Notes: generated by a model not told the origin, from the letters alone. Positions 19,684-32,490 are shown, counted from the stretch's first letter. The stretch is DNA of 64,000 bases from Myxococcota bacterium (GCA_041687695.1 JAWLBL010000015.1:3627-67626); one strand, 5' to 3'. Numbers and translations are program-made.

Positions 19684-20394
19684 GTGGCTGATCCTGCACC
19701 GAAACGAACGACTCCTCGCGGGCGCGCCCGCCGCGAGCAGCTGCTCGACGCGGCCCAGCAGATCGCGACCGACGAGGGGCTCGAGGCGCTGACGGTCGCG
19801 CGGCTCGCCGGCGACGTGGGCCTGGCGGTCGGCGCCCTGTACCGCCACTTCGACGGTAAGGAGGCCCTGCTCGGCGCCCTGCAGGCGCGCGCGATCGCCG
19901 ACTTCCACCTGGCGATGCAGGCGCGGGTCGAGCGATCGCGGCGGGAGCTCTCCGATCGCGGCGTCGCCGAGGACGTGCGCTCGCTGGCGCTGGCGCTGAT
20001 CGCCTTCAGCGCCTACCCCACCGAGGCCGACCGCGCGCCCGCCCGCTACCGTATGCTCGACGCCTTCCTGTCGGCCCCCGACCCGGTGCTCTCCGAGCAG
20101 GGGGCGCGCGCCCTCGAGGAGGTCGTCTCCCCCATCGTGGTCACCTGCGCCGAGCTGCTGGGCGACGCGGCGGCCGTGGGCGCCCTGGCCCCCGGCGATC
20201 AGGTCCAGCGCACGCACGCCGCGTGGGCGGCCCTGCACGGCCTGGGGCACTTCCGAAAGCGCGACCGGCTGGTCCCCGAGCACCTGCGGACGCCGGCCCT
20301 GCTGCGCGTCCTGCTGCGGGACCTCTTCGCCGCCTGGGGCGCCCGGCCCCAGGCCTTCGACGCGGCGTGGCCGCTGGCGGTCGAGGCCGACTGA
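19684..20394 (+). CDS. TetR/AcrR family transcriptional regulator
   Basis: LLDAAQQIATDEGLEALTVARLAGDVGLAVGALYRHFDGKEAL HTH. Confidence 0.93.
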   Translation: MADPAPKRTTPRGRARREQLLDAAQQIATDEGLEALTVARLAGDVGLAVGALYRHFDGKEALLGALQARAIADFHLAMQARVERSRRELSDRGVAEDVRSLALALIAFSAYPTEADRAPARYRMLDAFLSAPDPVLSEQGARALEEVVSPIVVTCAELLGDAAAVGALAPGDQVQRTHAAWAALHGLGHFRKRDRLVPEHLRTPALLRVLLRDLFAAWGARPQAFDAAWPLAVEAD

Positions 20395-20404
20395 CGGGTA
20401 CAAC

Positions 20405-21700
20405 GTGCGCGTGCGCTGCGTCCTCGCCATCGTCTGCCTGCTGCTCGTCGCCGCCGAAGCCGGCGCCCACGGCCCCGCGCCCGCGGCCTTGGGAGTGCTG
20501 TCTGCGGGCGGCCAGCGCCCGGGCGGTCTCGAGGGCGACGACGCGCGCCCCGATGTGGTCCGCACCAACCTGGGGCTGGCGCTGGCCAGGGCCGACGGCA
20601 CCTACACCTATGGCTGCCCGTCGCAGTGGGGCGGCTCCGAGCAGGGCTTCGGCGCGGCGCTGCCCGATCGCACGTTGATCGTGATGCTGGGCAAGGGGCG
20701 CGTGTACGCGTCGATCGACGGGGGCTGCCAGTACGACGAGCTCGGCCTGCCGGACGGCGTCGGGTACGCCGCCGAGGCCGTCGCCTGGCGCGGCCGGGTC
20801 TGGGTGGTCACGCGGAGCGGGGAGGGCGGCGCGGTGGTCAGCGTCGGGCCCGCGGCCGACCTGCGCGAGGAGCGGCGCTGGGGCGCCGAGGGGGGCGAGC
20901 CGTGGACGCCCGACATGGCGTTCGCCGCGGACGAGGGGGCGCCCGAGCTGCTGGTGACGGGGGCGCGGCCGGCGGCCGCCGTGTGGGCGCTGGGCGAGGA
21001 CGGTGGCTGGAGCCGGCTGGAGGGGCTGCCGGACGCGCCGGAGCTGCAGCGGCTGGAGGTCGCCGAGGTCGCGCCGGCGGGCGAGCTCTGGCTGAAGGCG
21101 AGCCTGCCCGCAGGGCGACAGCTGTGGCGGGCGCGGCTGGACGCCGGGCGCCTGACGGTGGCGCCCGAGCCCTTGCATCACCAGGTCTTGCATGGGCCGG
21201 TGCTGCTGGACGGACAGCTGGTCGCCGCGCGCGACGGGCGGCTGGCGGTGACGCCCGCGCTGGGGCCGGCCGGCTCGCTGGACGCTCCGGCGGCGTGGAC
21301 CGAGCACGGCGAGGTCGCGTGGACCTGTCTGCAGCGCCGCGGTCCGTTCGTCTACGCCTGCACCCTGCCGGCGCTGTTGCAGGTCGAGGCGCTCGACGGG
21401 GGCGAGGTCCCGACGCGGCCGGTCTGGCGGCTCGCGCAGCTGGGAGGCCCCGTCGAGGGGTGCCCGCCTGCCGCGTCCGAGGCCACCGTCTGTGAGCTGG
21501 ACTGGTTCCACTACGGCGGCGAGGCCGGCCTGACGGCGCGCGCGCCCGTGGCCACGCCTTCGGACGCGCCCGCGCCACCGCCGCCAGCGCCCGACGCGGG
21601 GTGCCGGGGCGGCGCGATGGCGGGGTGGGGCGCGCTGGGGGGCCTGCTGGCCCTGATCAGCCGCGGATGGCGGCCCAGAGCACGCCGGGGAGCTTCCTGA
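20405..21700 (+). CDS. Exported BNR/propeller-like protein with MYXO-CTERM-like tail
   Basis: Signal peptide ending AGA-HG; Asp-box-like SIDGGCQY; tail GC..G....GALGGLLALISRGWRPR. Confidence 0.72.
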   Translation: MRVRCVLAIVCLLLVAAEAGAHGPAPAALGVLSAGGQRPGGLEGDDARPDVVRTNLGLALARADGTYTYGCPSQWGGSEQGFGAALPDRTLIVMLGKGRVYASIDGGCQYDELGLPDGVGYAAEAVAWRGRVWVVTRSGEGGAVVSVGPAADLREERRWGAEGGEPWTPDMAFAADEGAPELLVTGARPAAAVWALGEDGGWSRLEGLPDAPELQRLEVAEVAPAGELWLKASLPAGRQLWRARLDAGRLTVAPEPLHHQVLHGPVLLDGQLVAARDGRLAVTPALGPAGSLDAPAAWTEHGEVAWTCLQRRGPFVYACTLPALLQVEALDGGEVPTRPVWRLAQLGGPVEGCPPAASEATVCELDWFHYGGEAGLTARAPVATPSDAPAPPPPAPDAGCRGGAMAGWGALGGLLALISRGWRPRARRGAS

Positions 21701-23432
21701 GCGAGGGCGCGGCCTCGAAGCGGGCCATGCGGGGGCCCAGCTCGTGGGTGGTCCGGTGGGTGACGAACCAGGGCGGCGTCGGCTTGACGCGGAAGGGGCC
21801 GCGGATGACCGTCTTCTGCGGGTGCTCGTACAGGTAGGTGTTGTGCACGACGCCGATGCCCGACTGGATGTCGTGCAGCTCGTGGCCGGGGAAGGCGCCC
21901 CAGGTGGTCGACACGAAGCCGTAGGCGAGGGCCGGCCAGTGGTTGACGGCGACGGTGCCGAAGCGCAGGTCGGCGATGGCGCGCTCGACGGCGGCGGCGA
22001 CGGTCGGGTCCGCGAGCGTGGCGGGGTGGACGATGATCGACGCGTTCAGCGAGCCCCAGACGGTGTCGTTGCAGAAGGCGACGGCCTTGTCGATGTAGTC
22101 GACGACGCTGGCGGCCTCGAGGGCGACCTCGCTGGTCACGCCGGTGAAGGCCTCGGTGGTGAAGCAGATGTCGTCGGGCGCGTCGGGGCTGAGGCCCGAG
22201 ACCAGCATCCAGGGCAGCTCGCCCTCGCGCGGGTTGCCGTACAGCTCGGCCTCGGGGTGCGCCTTCTTGAAGGCCTCGAAGCGATCGGTGGCGCCCGGGT
22301 AGTAGGCCTTTCGGGTCGGCGCCTCGCGGAAGGTCTTGCGGATGGCGTCCAGCAGGGCCAGGCGCTGGCTCCAGGCGGCGTGCTGCACGATGACGCGGGT
22401 GGCGTTGCAGTTGCAGCCGGCGTTGTTGGTCAGCATCGAGGCCAGGTTGGCGCCCTGGAAGTCCAGATCGCCCGCGCTCCACGGCCCCGGCACCACGATG
22501 ACCGGGCTGACGTTGCCCAGCTCGCTGGTGATGCGGCGCTTGTTGACGGGGTCACGCTCGGCCTTGCGCTTGGCGCCCTCGGGGCCGACGCCGTAGACGA
22601 TGGCGTCGTGCGTCTTGTCGGACCCGGTGATGTGGATCTCGTCCACCTCGGGGTGCTGGCACAGGTAGGCGCCCTCGGCGGCGCCGCCGTAGACGAGGCG
22701 CACGTAGCCGGGCTCGACCAGCGGCGCGAAGGCCTGCTCGATGAAGGGCCCCAGGTACTCGTTGACCGGGTTCATCTTCAGGACGCAGACCTGCAGCTCC
22801 ATGAACAGCTTGTACAGGACGTCCATCGGGCCGATGGACGACACGTTGCCCGCGCCCAGCACCAGCGCCACCGCGGGCTCGACCTGCGCGCCCGGCTGAT
22901 AGCGCGTGGCCTGGGTCGCCTCGAGCTCGTGGCGCCGGACCTTGGGGTCCATCCAGATCTCGCCCGTGAAGCCCTGGAACAGCAGCTTGTCGTAGGTGCC
23001 GGTCGGGAAGACGCGCGCGACCACCTGGCCGTCGGGGCGGGTCGTGATGGGCCCGGGCACCTGCGGGAGCCCGTGCTGCTCGATCTCGCGCAGGCTCTGG
23101 ATGAGCAGGCGCAGGTTGCGGATGGTCACCAGCGGCCCGCCCAGCCACTCCTCGCCGCCCTGGGGCGCGTCGGTCGACAGCCCCTTGGCCTTCAGGGCCG
23201 CGGCCACCCACCGATCCGAGACGTCTACGGTCGCGGCCAGCGTGCGCTCGAGCAGGCGGACGCGCTCGGCGACGGGCAGCGCCACCCAGCCCGCAGCGCT
23301 GGCCTTCACGGCGGCGATGGCGGCGTCCATCTGCGCCTGGGTCGACGCGGGCATCGACCCGGCGGCCTGCGGGATGACGGGGTTGCCGCGCTGAGGAGCG
23401 ACGGAGGCGGACGCGGTGGCGGTGGAGGTCAT
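21657..23432 (-). CDS. Aldehyde dehydrogenase family protein
   Basis: LGAGN, HITGS, SELGNVSP, catalytic Cys region NNAGCNC; RBS GGAG before MTSTATA. Confidence 0.9.
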   Translation of the reverse strand: MTSTATASASVAPQRGNPVIPQAAGSMPASTQAQMDAAIAAVKASAAGWVALPVAERVRLLERTLAATVDVSDRWVAAALKAKGLSTDAPQGGEEWLGGPLVTIRNLRLLIQSLREIEQHGLPQVPGPITTRPDGQVVARVFPTGTYDKLLFQGFTGEIWMDPKVRRHELEATQATRYQPGAQVEPAVALVLGAGNVSSIGPMDVLYKLFMELQVCVLKMNPVNEYLGPFIEQAFAPLVEPGYVRLVYGGAAEGAYLCQHPEVDEIHITGSDKTHDAIVYGVGPEGAKRKAERDPVNKRRITSELGNVSPVIVVPGPWSAGDLDFQGANLASMLTNNAGCNCNATRVIVQHAAWSQRLALLDAIRKTFREAPTRKAYYPGATDRFEAFKKAHPEAELYGNPREGELPWMLVSGLSPDAPDDICFTTEAFTGVTSEVALEAASVVDYIDKAVAFCNDTVWGSLNASIIVHPATLADPTVAAAVERAIADLRFGTVAVNHWPALAYGFVSTTWGAFPGHELHDIQSGIGVVHNTYLYEHPQKTVIRGPFRVKPTPPWFVTHRTTHELGPRMARFEAAPSLRKLPGVLWAAIRG

Positions 23433-23524
23433 GGCGGCTCCCTTTCGAAAGACATCGGGCGAGGTCGGGCCTGGAGTTTTACTCGCAGCCCGCCCCGCCC
23501 GACAAGGATGGGAGGTCCGATTGC

Positions 23525-25198
<1,674 letters not shown>

Positions 25199-25356
25199 GC
25201 GCCGCCATATGCCCCAAGTTGGTTCGGGGGTCCATAGGTCACCTCGGGAAACTTCATTCCCGCCGCCGACCCCCGCCCCTGGCCCGTGACCGCCGCCGCC
25301 GACGACGCGGTGGGTGGTTCCCTTGACACCGCCGCCTTCCGCCCGAGAATCGGGCG

Positions 25357-26823
25357 GTGCGCCGCTTGCTCCGCCACGCCCTCGCCGCCGCCCTCTGCCT
25401 CGCCTTCGCGGCCGGCCGCCCCGTCGCCGCCGGCGGCCCCGAGCCCGCCGACCGGGCCCCCGCGGACGCCCCCGACGCCCCCGCGCCGCGCCAGGTCTCC
25501 GTCCAGACCCGCCACTTCCTGCTGACCACCGACTGCGACGCCGAGACCCGCACCTTCCTCGCCTCGCGCCTCGACGCCTACCGCGACGCCCTCGACGTCC
25601 TCGTCACCGCCGCCACCGGCGTCACCCCCGCCGCCTCGGGCACCCAGGTCCTCGTCTTCGAGTCCGCGTCCGGCTACGCCGCCTGGGCCCGCCAGCACCA
25701 GCCCGCCCTGGCCCACCACGGCGGCTACTACGCCGGCGCCCACCGCACCGTCGTCACCTACTTCCGCTCGAACCCGCTGCAGGTCATCTTCCACGAGGTC
25801 GCCCACGCCGTCCTCGGCGAGGTCTTCGACGACCCCCACTACTATCGTTACGCGCGCCGCAACTGGCCCGTCTGGTTCGACGAGGGCCTGGCCGAGTACG
25901 TCTCGTCCTACCAGCTCGACGGCGCCGACTACACCTTCGGCGCCCCGCACCCCGCCCGCCTGTCCACCCTGGTCGACGCCCTCGAGCGCGGCCGCCTCGT
26001 CCCCCTGCGCGAGCTGCTCCTCGCCCCGGCCGCCCGCTTCTCCGGCCCCCAGATGCACGCCTGGTACGCCGCCGCCTGGGGCCTCACCGATCTCCTGCTG
26101 GGCGACCCCGAGCTGCGCGGCCGCGTCCCCGCCTGGGTCCAGCGCCTGCGCGACGGCGAGGACGGCCTGACCTCCTTCGTCGCCGTCTTCGGCCCCGACC
26201 TCGACGTCCTCGAGCGCCGCTTCCACCGCCGCATCCGCCAGCTCGCCGCCCGCGGCCCCCGCCCCCAGGCCCTGTACAACGGCCTCGGCCTCGACGACTG
26301 GACCCTGCACGACGGCGGCCACTGGCGCTCGGTCCGCGGCGTCATCGAGGCCGCCAGCGCCGGCAGCCGCGACTACCTGACCCGCTCCATCGACGCCCAG
26401 CGCGCCTTCACCCTGGCCCTGTCGGTCCGCCGCGACGCCGGCACGGTCGGCCTCGTCCTCGGCCACCACGGCGTCGACGGCTACCCCTACCACACCCTGC
26501 TCGACCTCGGCCCCGACCACGTCAGCGTGCGCCGCTCGTCCTCGGCCGAGCGCCTCGACCCGCTGGTCCGCCTCCCCCTGGCGGTCCCCGCCGGCGCGTG
26601 GGTCGACCTCCGCCTCACCCTCGACCGCGGCGTCCTGTCCGCCTGGGCCGACCAGACCTACCTGTTCTCGGTCCAACTCGAGCGCCCCGTGGTCAGCCTC
26701 CTAGGCCTGTTCACGCAGGGCGGCACCGCCGGCTTCCGCGATCTGCAGCTGACCCCCGGCGTCCTCGCGGCCGGCGCCCCGCCCCTGCCGCGCCCGCCCC
26801 GCGCCCCCGAGCCGGCCCCGTGA
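25357..26823 (+). CDS. Exported DUF1570-like HExxH metallopeptidase with DUF1080-like C-terminal domain
   Basis: Signal peptide; [37 protein letters not shown].....W....G.I. Confidence 0.78.
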   Translation: MRRLLRHALAAALCLAFAAGRPVAAGGPEPADRAPADAPDAPAPRQVSVQTRHFLLTTDCDAETRTFLASRLDAYRDALDVLVTAATGVTPAASGTQVLVFESASGYAAWARQHQPALAHHGGYYAGAHRTVVTYFRSNPLQVIFHEVAHAVLGEVFDDPHYYRYARRNWPVWFDEGLAEYVSSYQLDGADYTFGAPHPARLSTLVDALERGRLVPLRELLLAPAARFSGPQMHAWYAAAWGLTDLLLGDPELRGRVPAWVQRLRDGEDGLTSFVAVFGPDLDVLERRFHRRIRQLAARGPRPQALYNGLGLDDWTLHDGGHWRSVRGVIEAASAGSRDYLTRSIDAQRAFTLALSVRRDAGTVGLVLGHHGVDGYPYHTLLDLGPDHVSVRRSSSAERLDPLVRLPLAVPAGAWVDLRLTLDRGVLSAWADQTYLFSVQLERPVVSLLGLFTQGGTAGFRDLQLTPGVLAAGAPPLPRPPRAPEPAP

Positions 26824-27818
26824 GGCCCGCCGCCACGCCGCCCCTCGTCGTCCTCGTCGCCGCCCACGACCCCGACCTGCTCGCCGGGGCCGCCGACCTC
26901 CTCGCCGACCCGGCCGTGCTCCGCGTCGACGCCGCCCCCGACGCGCTCGAACCCTCCGCCGCCGCCTGTCACGCGGCCGTGGTGCTGACCGACGCCACCC
27001 TCGACGACGCCCTGCGGCAGCGCCTCACCCAGCGCGCGCCCGACGCCGTGCTCGTGCCCCTCGCGGGCCTGCCGGCCGCCGCGCGCCTCGCCCTCATCCA
27101 CGCCGCGCTCGCCCAGGCCGCCCGCCTGGCCGCCGTCCGCCGCGAGGCCGACGACTTCACCTACGCCCTGTGCCACGATCTCCGCTCGCAGCTGCAGGGG
27201 CTGGTCGGCCTCGCCGGCCTGCTGGTCGAGGTCGAGGGCGAGCGGCTCTCGGACGAGGGCCGCGACTGGTGCCGCCGCATCGAGGCCACCGGCGAGTCGC
27301 TGGCCCGCATGGCCCAGGATCTGCTCGAGCTGGCGCGCCTCGGGCGGCAGCCCCACGCCCCGGCCCCGGTCCCGCTCGCCGCGATCGTCGCCGAGGCCGA
27401 GGCGCAGCTGGCCTCGTCCTACCCCGACGCCCCGCCGCCGGTCCTGACACCGGCCGCGCTGCCCGTGGTCTACGCCGACGCGCCCCGCCTGACCGCCGCC
27501 CTGCTGCACCTGCTGCGCAACGCCGCCCAGCACGACCCGGGGCCCGGCCGCGGCCCGACCGTAACCTGCCACCCCGGTCCGGGCCCCGATCGCGTGACCC
27601 TGGGCGTCGCCGACCACGGCCCCGGCGTCCCGGCCGAGGCCCGCCAGCGCGTCTTCGCTCCGTTCCACCGCGAGGCGAACGCCCCGGCGCCCGGCGCCGG
27701 CCTGGGCCTGGCCCTGGTCGCGCGCGTCGCCGATCGCCACGGCGGCCGCGCCTGGGTCGAAGACACCCCCGACGGCGGCGCCCACTTCCGGCTGGACCTG
27801 CCGCTCGCGCCGCGCTGA
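26820..27818 (+). CDS. Cytoplasmic sensor histidine kinase with degenerate receiver-like N-terminus
   Basis: H-box CHDLRSQL, N-box LLRNAAQH, DHGPGV, GAGLGLA; GTGA overlap with the upstream gene. Confidence 0.88.
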   Translation: MRPAATPPLVVLVAAHDPDLLAGAADLLADPAVLRVDAAPDALEPSAAACHAAVVLTDATLDDALRQRLTQRAPDAVLVPLAGLPAAARLALIHAALAQAARLAAVRREADDFTYALCHDLRSQLQGLVGLAGLLVEVEGERLSDEGRDWCRRIEATGESLARMAQDLLELARLGRQPHAPAPVPLAAIVAEAEAQLASSYPDAPPPVLTPAALPVVYADAPRLTAALLHLLRNAAQHDPGPGRGPTVTCHPGPGPDRVTLGVADHGPGVPAEARQRVFAPFHREANAPAPGAGLGLALVARVADRHGGRAWVEDTPDGGAHFRLDLPLAPR

Positions 27819-27914
27819 AGGCCGCCCCGAGGCCCGCCGCGAGCGCAGTTGAAACGCCAGGACCGGGCTGATAAACGTGGTCCCTCGCCCCGGGCTGGAC
27901 CGGCAGGAGGCAAG

Positions 27915-30900
27915 GTGAGTCTGACCCGTTCCGCAGTGGCCCTCGCGGCCGTGCTGGCCGCCGCCGCGGCCGGCTGCAACGCCTCCGAGCTCGAGGTCCA
28001 CCCCCAGCACGACGCCCTCGACACCTCCGAGCCCGAGGTCGAGGACGACGTCAAGCTCATCAGCGCCGCGGACGCCGCCGAAGAGGTGGGCCTCGACGCC
28101 TCCTCAGACGCCGACGCGAGCCACGACGACGCCCAGGCGGACGTCGCCGACGTGCCGATGGTGCCCGACGCGACGCCCGACGTGATCCCCGACGAGGGCG
28201 GCGACGACGTGCCGGACGTGCCGGACGTGCCCGATGTCCCGGACGTGCCCGATGTCCCGGACGTGCCGGACGTGCCCGACGTGGTCGAGCCCGTCACCTT
28301 CCCGCTGGCCTGTCAGACCCACGCCGACTGCGCGCACGGCTGCGCCGACGGCCAGTGCATGGGTGGGGTCTGCACCTTCCCGGCCCCCCAGGCCAGCTGC
28401 GTGCAGGCCGACGCCACGGGCGAGACCGGGACCTGCCTTGCGCCCCTCACCCCCAGCGCCGCCAACGGCTGCCTGGTCTGCAACGCCCAGCTGGACCCCG
28501 AGGGGTGGTCCGCGACCCTGCTCGCCGACGGCTTCGAGCAGGGCTTCGGCCCGCTCTCGCTGGGCGGCCCGGCCGGCAAGGCGACCTGGACGCTCAGCAG
28601 CGACCGCGCGGCCTCGGGCCTGCACAGCCTGTACTTCGGCGTCCCCGGCGCCGGCACCTACGCGACCGGGGCCCGCGCCCAGGGCACCCTGACGACCGGG
28701 CTCATCCCGGTGGCGGCCGACGTGACGCCCGTGGTCAGCTTCTCGGTCTGGATGGAGACCGAAGGGACCAAGAACTACGACTTCCTGCGGGTCGTGGCCG
28801 AGCCGGTCGGCGGCGCGCCCGTCGAGGTCTGGCACTCCAACGCGCTCGGCGGGGACACCGACGGCGCCTTCGTGCCGGTGCAGGCGCCCATCGCGGGGGT
28901 GTCGGGCACCAGCTTCCGCCTGGTGCTCGAGTTCGACAGCGTCGACGACCTCATCAACGGCTACGAGGGCGTGTACGTCGACGACCTGCGGCTGGGCACC
29001 GGCTGCTGCGCGAGCGACGCCGACTGCGACGACGCCAACCCCTGCACGATGGACGGCTGCCCGGGCGAGGGGCTGGCCTGCGTCCACACGCCGATCCCGG
29101 GCTGCTGCAGCGCCGCCAGCGACTGCGACGACGGCGACCCCTGCACCGAGGACGCCTGCTCGGGCTCGGGCGGGGCCTGCGTGCACACCCCGATCCCCGG
29201 CTGCTGCGCGGTCGACAAGGACTGCGGCGACGGCGACCCGTGCACCAAGGACGTCTGCGGCGCGGGCGGGCAGTGCCAGCACCAGCCGCTGTGCTGCGAG
29301 ACGGCGGCCGACTGCGACGACGGCGACAAGTGCACGACGGGCAGCTGCACCGAGGGGCAGTGCGTCTACGAGTTCACCTGCTGCCTGTCCAACGGCGACT
29401 GCAACGACGGCGAGTACTGCACGAACGACATCTGCGTCGAGGGCGCCTGCGTGCACAACCCGGCCCAGCTGCCCGGGTGCTGCTCGCCCGAGATCCTGGT
29501 GCAGACCTTCGACAGCGGCGCGCTCGAGGGCTGGACGATGTCCGCGCTCAGCAACGGCGTCGGCTGGCAGCTCTACCAGGGCTCGCAGGTCAAGAGCGCG
29601 CCCGGGGCGCTGTACTACGGCAACCCGGCGAACATGAACTTCAACTCGGGGGCGGCCAACAGCGGGACGGCGCTCAGCCCGCCCATCGAGCTGCCCAGCG
29701 ACGTCGCCATCTCGCTCAGCTTCGACATCTTCTTCCAGGGCGAGACGGGCACCTACGACAACGTGTGGCTCGAGGCGGTGACGGCGGCCCACACCTTCAC
29801 CGTCGCGCCCAAGTCGCTGTTCGCGAACAACCAGTGGAAGGCGGTCACCGTCGACCTGTCGTACCTGGCCGGGCAGACCATCCAGCTGAAGTGGAACTTC
29901 AACACGGGCGACAGCGTCTCGAACGACGGCCTGGGCGCGATGGTCGACAACATGGCGCTGACGACCAGCTGCGAGCCCAAGAGCTGCACGGCCAGCTCGC
30001 AGTGCCCGTCGTCCGACCCGTGCCTGGCGGGCGCCTGCGACGGCGGGGCCTGCACCTACGTCTCGAGCTGCTGCGCCAGCAGCGACGAGTGCGACGACGG
30101 CCTGGTCTGCACGACCGACAGCTGCGTGGCCGGCAAGTGCCAGTTCAAGGCCATCGCCAGCTGCTGCGAGACCGTGGCGGACTGCGACGACAAGAACGCC
30201 TGCACCATCGACACCTGCAGCGACTTCGGCGGCCAGTGCGGCCACGAGCCGATCCCCGGCTGCTGCCTGACCAGCGCCCAGTGCGACGACGAGGACACCT
30301 GCACCATCGACGGGTGCTTCGACAACGTCTGCCAGCACCAGAACGTGTGCTGCACCAGCGACGCCCAGTGCGACGACGGCGACGACGTCTGCACCGTCGA
30401 CCAGTGCATCGACTCGTTCTGCAAGTACACGCCGACGGGCGTCGACGGGTGCTGCCTGACGCAGCCGGTCTTCTGGGACTTCGAGACGCCGGTGGCCTTC
30501 ACGTTCTCGGGCGGCGCGGGCGGCTGCAAGTGGCAGGTGGCCGCGGCCAAGCAGGCCACCTCGGGCACCCAGACCCTGTATTACGGCAACCTCGCGACCG
30601 GCAACTACGACTGCGGCCTCAACGCGGGCCAGGCCACCAGCGATCCCATCACGTTGCAGGCGGGGATGCCCTACTCCCTGACCTTCCAGCTGTACCTGGA
30701 CACCGAGTCGGGGACCTCCTACGACAAGCTGAACATCGACGCGCTCTCGGGCGGCAAGACCATCGCCCTGTGGGACAAGAGCAAGCTGGTCGGCGGGATG
30801 ATCAAGTGGACCACGGTCACCGTCGACCTCAGCGCGTTCGCGGGCACCACCTTCCAGCTGCGCTTCAGCTTCGACACCAGCGACTCCATCGCGAACTCGG

Positions 30901-31040
30901 GCCAGGGCGCCTTCATCGACGATCTCGCCATCGAGTCGCCGTGCGCGCCCAAGACGTGCGCGGCGGCCAGCGCGTGCAACGACGGGCTGAGCGCGACCAA
31001 GGACAGCTGCACGGGCGGCGTCTGCACCTGGACGTTCTGA
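27915..31040 (+). CDS. Large Cys-rich lipoprotein: three MAM/InhA-like beta-sandwich domains separated by CDDGxxCTxDxC repeats
   Basis: AGGAGG RBS; lipobox AAAGC; about ten CC....CDD..PCT.D.C repeats; three copies of SG..SLY(F/Y)G...FDxxD...G...D(D/N). Confidence 0.85.
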   Translation: MSLTRSAVALAAVLAAAAAGCNASELEVHPQHDALDTSEPEVEDDVKLISAADAAEEVGLDASSDADASHDDAQADVADVPMVPDATPDVIPDEGGDDVPDVPDVPDVPDVPDVPDVPDVPDVVEPVTFPLACQTHADCAHGCADGQCMGGVCTFPAPQASCVQADATGETGTCLAPLTPSAANGCLVCNAQLDPEGWSATLLADGFEQGFGPLSLGGPAGKATWTLSSDRAASGLHSLYFGVPGAGTYATGARAQGTLTTGLIPVAADVTPVVSFSVWMETEGTKNYDFLRVVAEPVGGAPVEVWHSNALGGDTDGAFVPVQAPIAGVSGTSFRLVLEFDSVDDLINGYEGVYVDDLRLGTGCCASDADCDDANPCTMDGCPGEGLACVHTPIPGCCSAASDCDDGDPCTEDACSGSGGACVHTPIPGCCAVDKDCGDGDPCTKDVCGAGGQCQHQPLCCETAADCDDGDKCTTGSCTEGQCVYEFTCCLSNGDCNDGEYCTNDICVEGACVHNPAQLPGCCSPEILVQTFDSGALEGWTMSALSNGVGWQLYQGSQVKSAPGALYYGNPANMNFNSGAANSGTALSPPIELPSDVAISLSFDIFFQGETGTYDNVWLEAVTAAHTFTVAPKSLFANNQWKAVTVDLSYLAGQTIQLKWNFNTGDSVSNDGLGAMVDNMALTTSCEPKSCTASSQCPSSDPCLAGACDGGACTYVSSCCASSDECDDGLVCTTDSCVAGKCQFKAIASCCETVADCDDKNACTIDTCSDFGGQCGHEPIPGCCLTSAQCDDEDTCTIDGCFDNVCQHQNVCCTSDAQCDDGDDVCTVDQCIDSFCKYTPTGVDGCCLTQPVFWDFETPVAFTFSGGAGGCKWQVAAAKQATSGTQTLYYGNLATGNYDCGLNAGQATSDPITLQAGMPYSLTFQLYLDTESGTSYDKLNIDALSGGKTIALWDKSKLVGGMIKWTTVTVDLSAFAGTTFQLRFSFDTSDSIANSGQGAFIDDLAIESPCAPKTCAAASACNDGLSATKDSCTGGVCTWTF
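28206..28283 (+). repeat. 9-bp coding tandem repeat (DVP)x8 + DV
   Basis: GAYGTSCCS x8, in frame. Confidence 0.9.
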
Positions 31041-31192
31041 AGCACGGCGGCTGGCGGACGGGCGGCTGGCTGACGGACCGGGCGGCCGGCGAGCCCCCCC
31101 GGGGCCGTCGACGCGCCTTGACGCGCCGGGTCGCGCCCCAGCATCCTTGGGGCCGGTCCGCGGCGGGTCGTGGGCTCGTGGGAGGTGAGGCG

Positions 31193-32473
31193 ATGGGGAT
31201 CGGGCGGCGCGCGCTCTCGGGCGCGGTGGTGGCGGCGTGTCTGGCCACGGCGGGGTGCGGGGACGAGGTCGACGGGGCCGAGGGCGACGCCGGCGTGGAC
31301 GTCGGCGCGGTCGACACCAAGGAGACCAAGGACGCGACGCTGCTCGACGCCCTGGCCGAGGTGATCGGCGGCGACGCGGCCGGCGACGCCGCCGGGAAGC
31401 CCGACGCGGCCACCCCGGGCCAGGACGCGGCCGGCGACCCGGACGGCGCGTCGGCGCCCGACGAGACCAGCGCGCCGGACGTCGCCGTCCAGACCGACGA
31501 GGGCGGGACCCCGGACGCCACCGCGGTCCCCGACGTGCCGGCGACGCCCGACGCGACCGAGACGGCCGACGCGGGCCAGGACACCGGGGTGACCGACCCG
31601 CCCGTGCCGGTGGTGCGCTTCGTGGCGGTGGGCGACACGGGCAAGGGCAACGAGGGCCAGTACCTGGTCGGAAAGGCCATCGCCGACAAGTGCGCCAAGG
31701 ACGGCTGCGACTACGTCCTGCTGCTGGGCGACAACTTCTACGACACGGGGGTCAAGGACGTGGACGACCCCCAGTTCCAGAGCAAGTTCGAGGGGCCCTA
31801 CGCGGACATCGACGTGCCCATCCTGGTCTCGCTGGGCAACCACGACTACGGCGGCGAGGGAGCCGGCTACGAGCTGTGGAAGGCCGAGCACTACCTCGAC
31901 TACTCCGAGATCAACCCGCAGTTCTACTTCCCCGACAACTTCTACGACTTCGTCGAAGGGCACGTGCACTTCTTCGCCCTCGACTCCAACCTGATGATGT
32001 ACGGCCTCGGCCAGGACCAGGCGAACTACTTCCCCAAGCGCATCGCCGAGAGCCAGGCGACCTGGAAGATCGCCTTCGGCCACCACCCCTACCTGTCCAA
32101 CGGCAAGCACGGGCACGCGGGCGAGTACGAGAGCCTGCCCTTCGTGCCGATCGTCAACGGCGAGGGGGTCAAGAAGGCCTACGACGCCTACCTGTGCGGC
32201 AAGGTCGACGTTCTGATCGCGGGCCACGACCACTCGCGCCAGTGGCTCGAGCAAAACAGCAAGTGCCCGGGCACCGAGCTGTTCGTGTCGGGGGCCGGAG
32301 CCTCGACGACCGAGATCAAAGACGAGAGCCTCTTCTTCAAGCCGGTGCCGGCCTGGTTCCAGGACGCCGACAAGCGGGGCTTTCTGTGGGTGAAGATCGA
32401 GGGCAACAGCTTCTACGGCGAGTTCATCGATGACCAGGGCAACGTCGACTTCGCGCGCGAGTTCACCAAGTAG
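31193..32473 (+). CDS. Metallophosphoesterase (purple/tartrate-resistant acid phosphatase-like) lipoprotein
   Basis: Lipobox TAGC, acidic linker, GDTG / GDNFY / GNHD / GHHP / GHDH motifs. Confidence 0.92.
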   Translation: MGIGRRALSGAVVAACLATAGCGDEVDGAEGDAGVDVGAVDTKETKDATLLDALAEVIGGDAAGDAAGKPDAATPGQDAAGDPDGASAPDETSAPDVAVQTDEGGTPDATAVPDVPATPDATETADAGQDTGVTDPPVPVVRFVAVGDTGKGNEGQYLVGKAIADKCAKDGCDYVLLLGDNFYDTGVKDVDDPQFQSKFEGPYADIDVPILVSLGNHDYGGEGAGYELWKAEHYLDYSEINPQFYFPDNFYDFVEGHVHFFALDSNLMMYGLGQDQANYFPKRIAESQATWKIAFGHHPYLSNGKHGHAGEYESLPFVPIVNGEGVKKAYDAYLCGKVDVLIAGHDHSRQWLEQNSKCPGTELFVSGAGASTTEIKDESLFFKPVPAWFQDADKRGFLWVKIEGNSFYGEFIDDQGNVDFAREFTK

Positions 32474-32490
32474 TCCCGGAGGCGAGCCCG

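Noticed and set aside
28355..31192. 1372-aa fusion ORF including the phosphatase
   Set aside because: The upstream part is an Arg-rich off-frame overlap of the Cys-rich gene; the real start is ATG 31193 with GGAGG upstream and a lipoprotein signal
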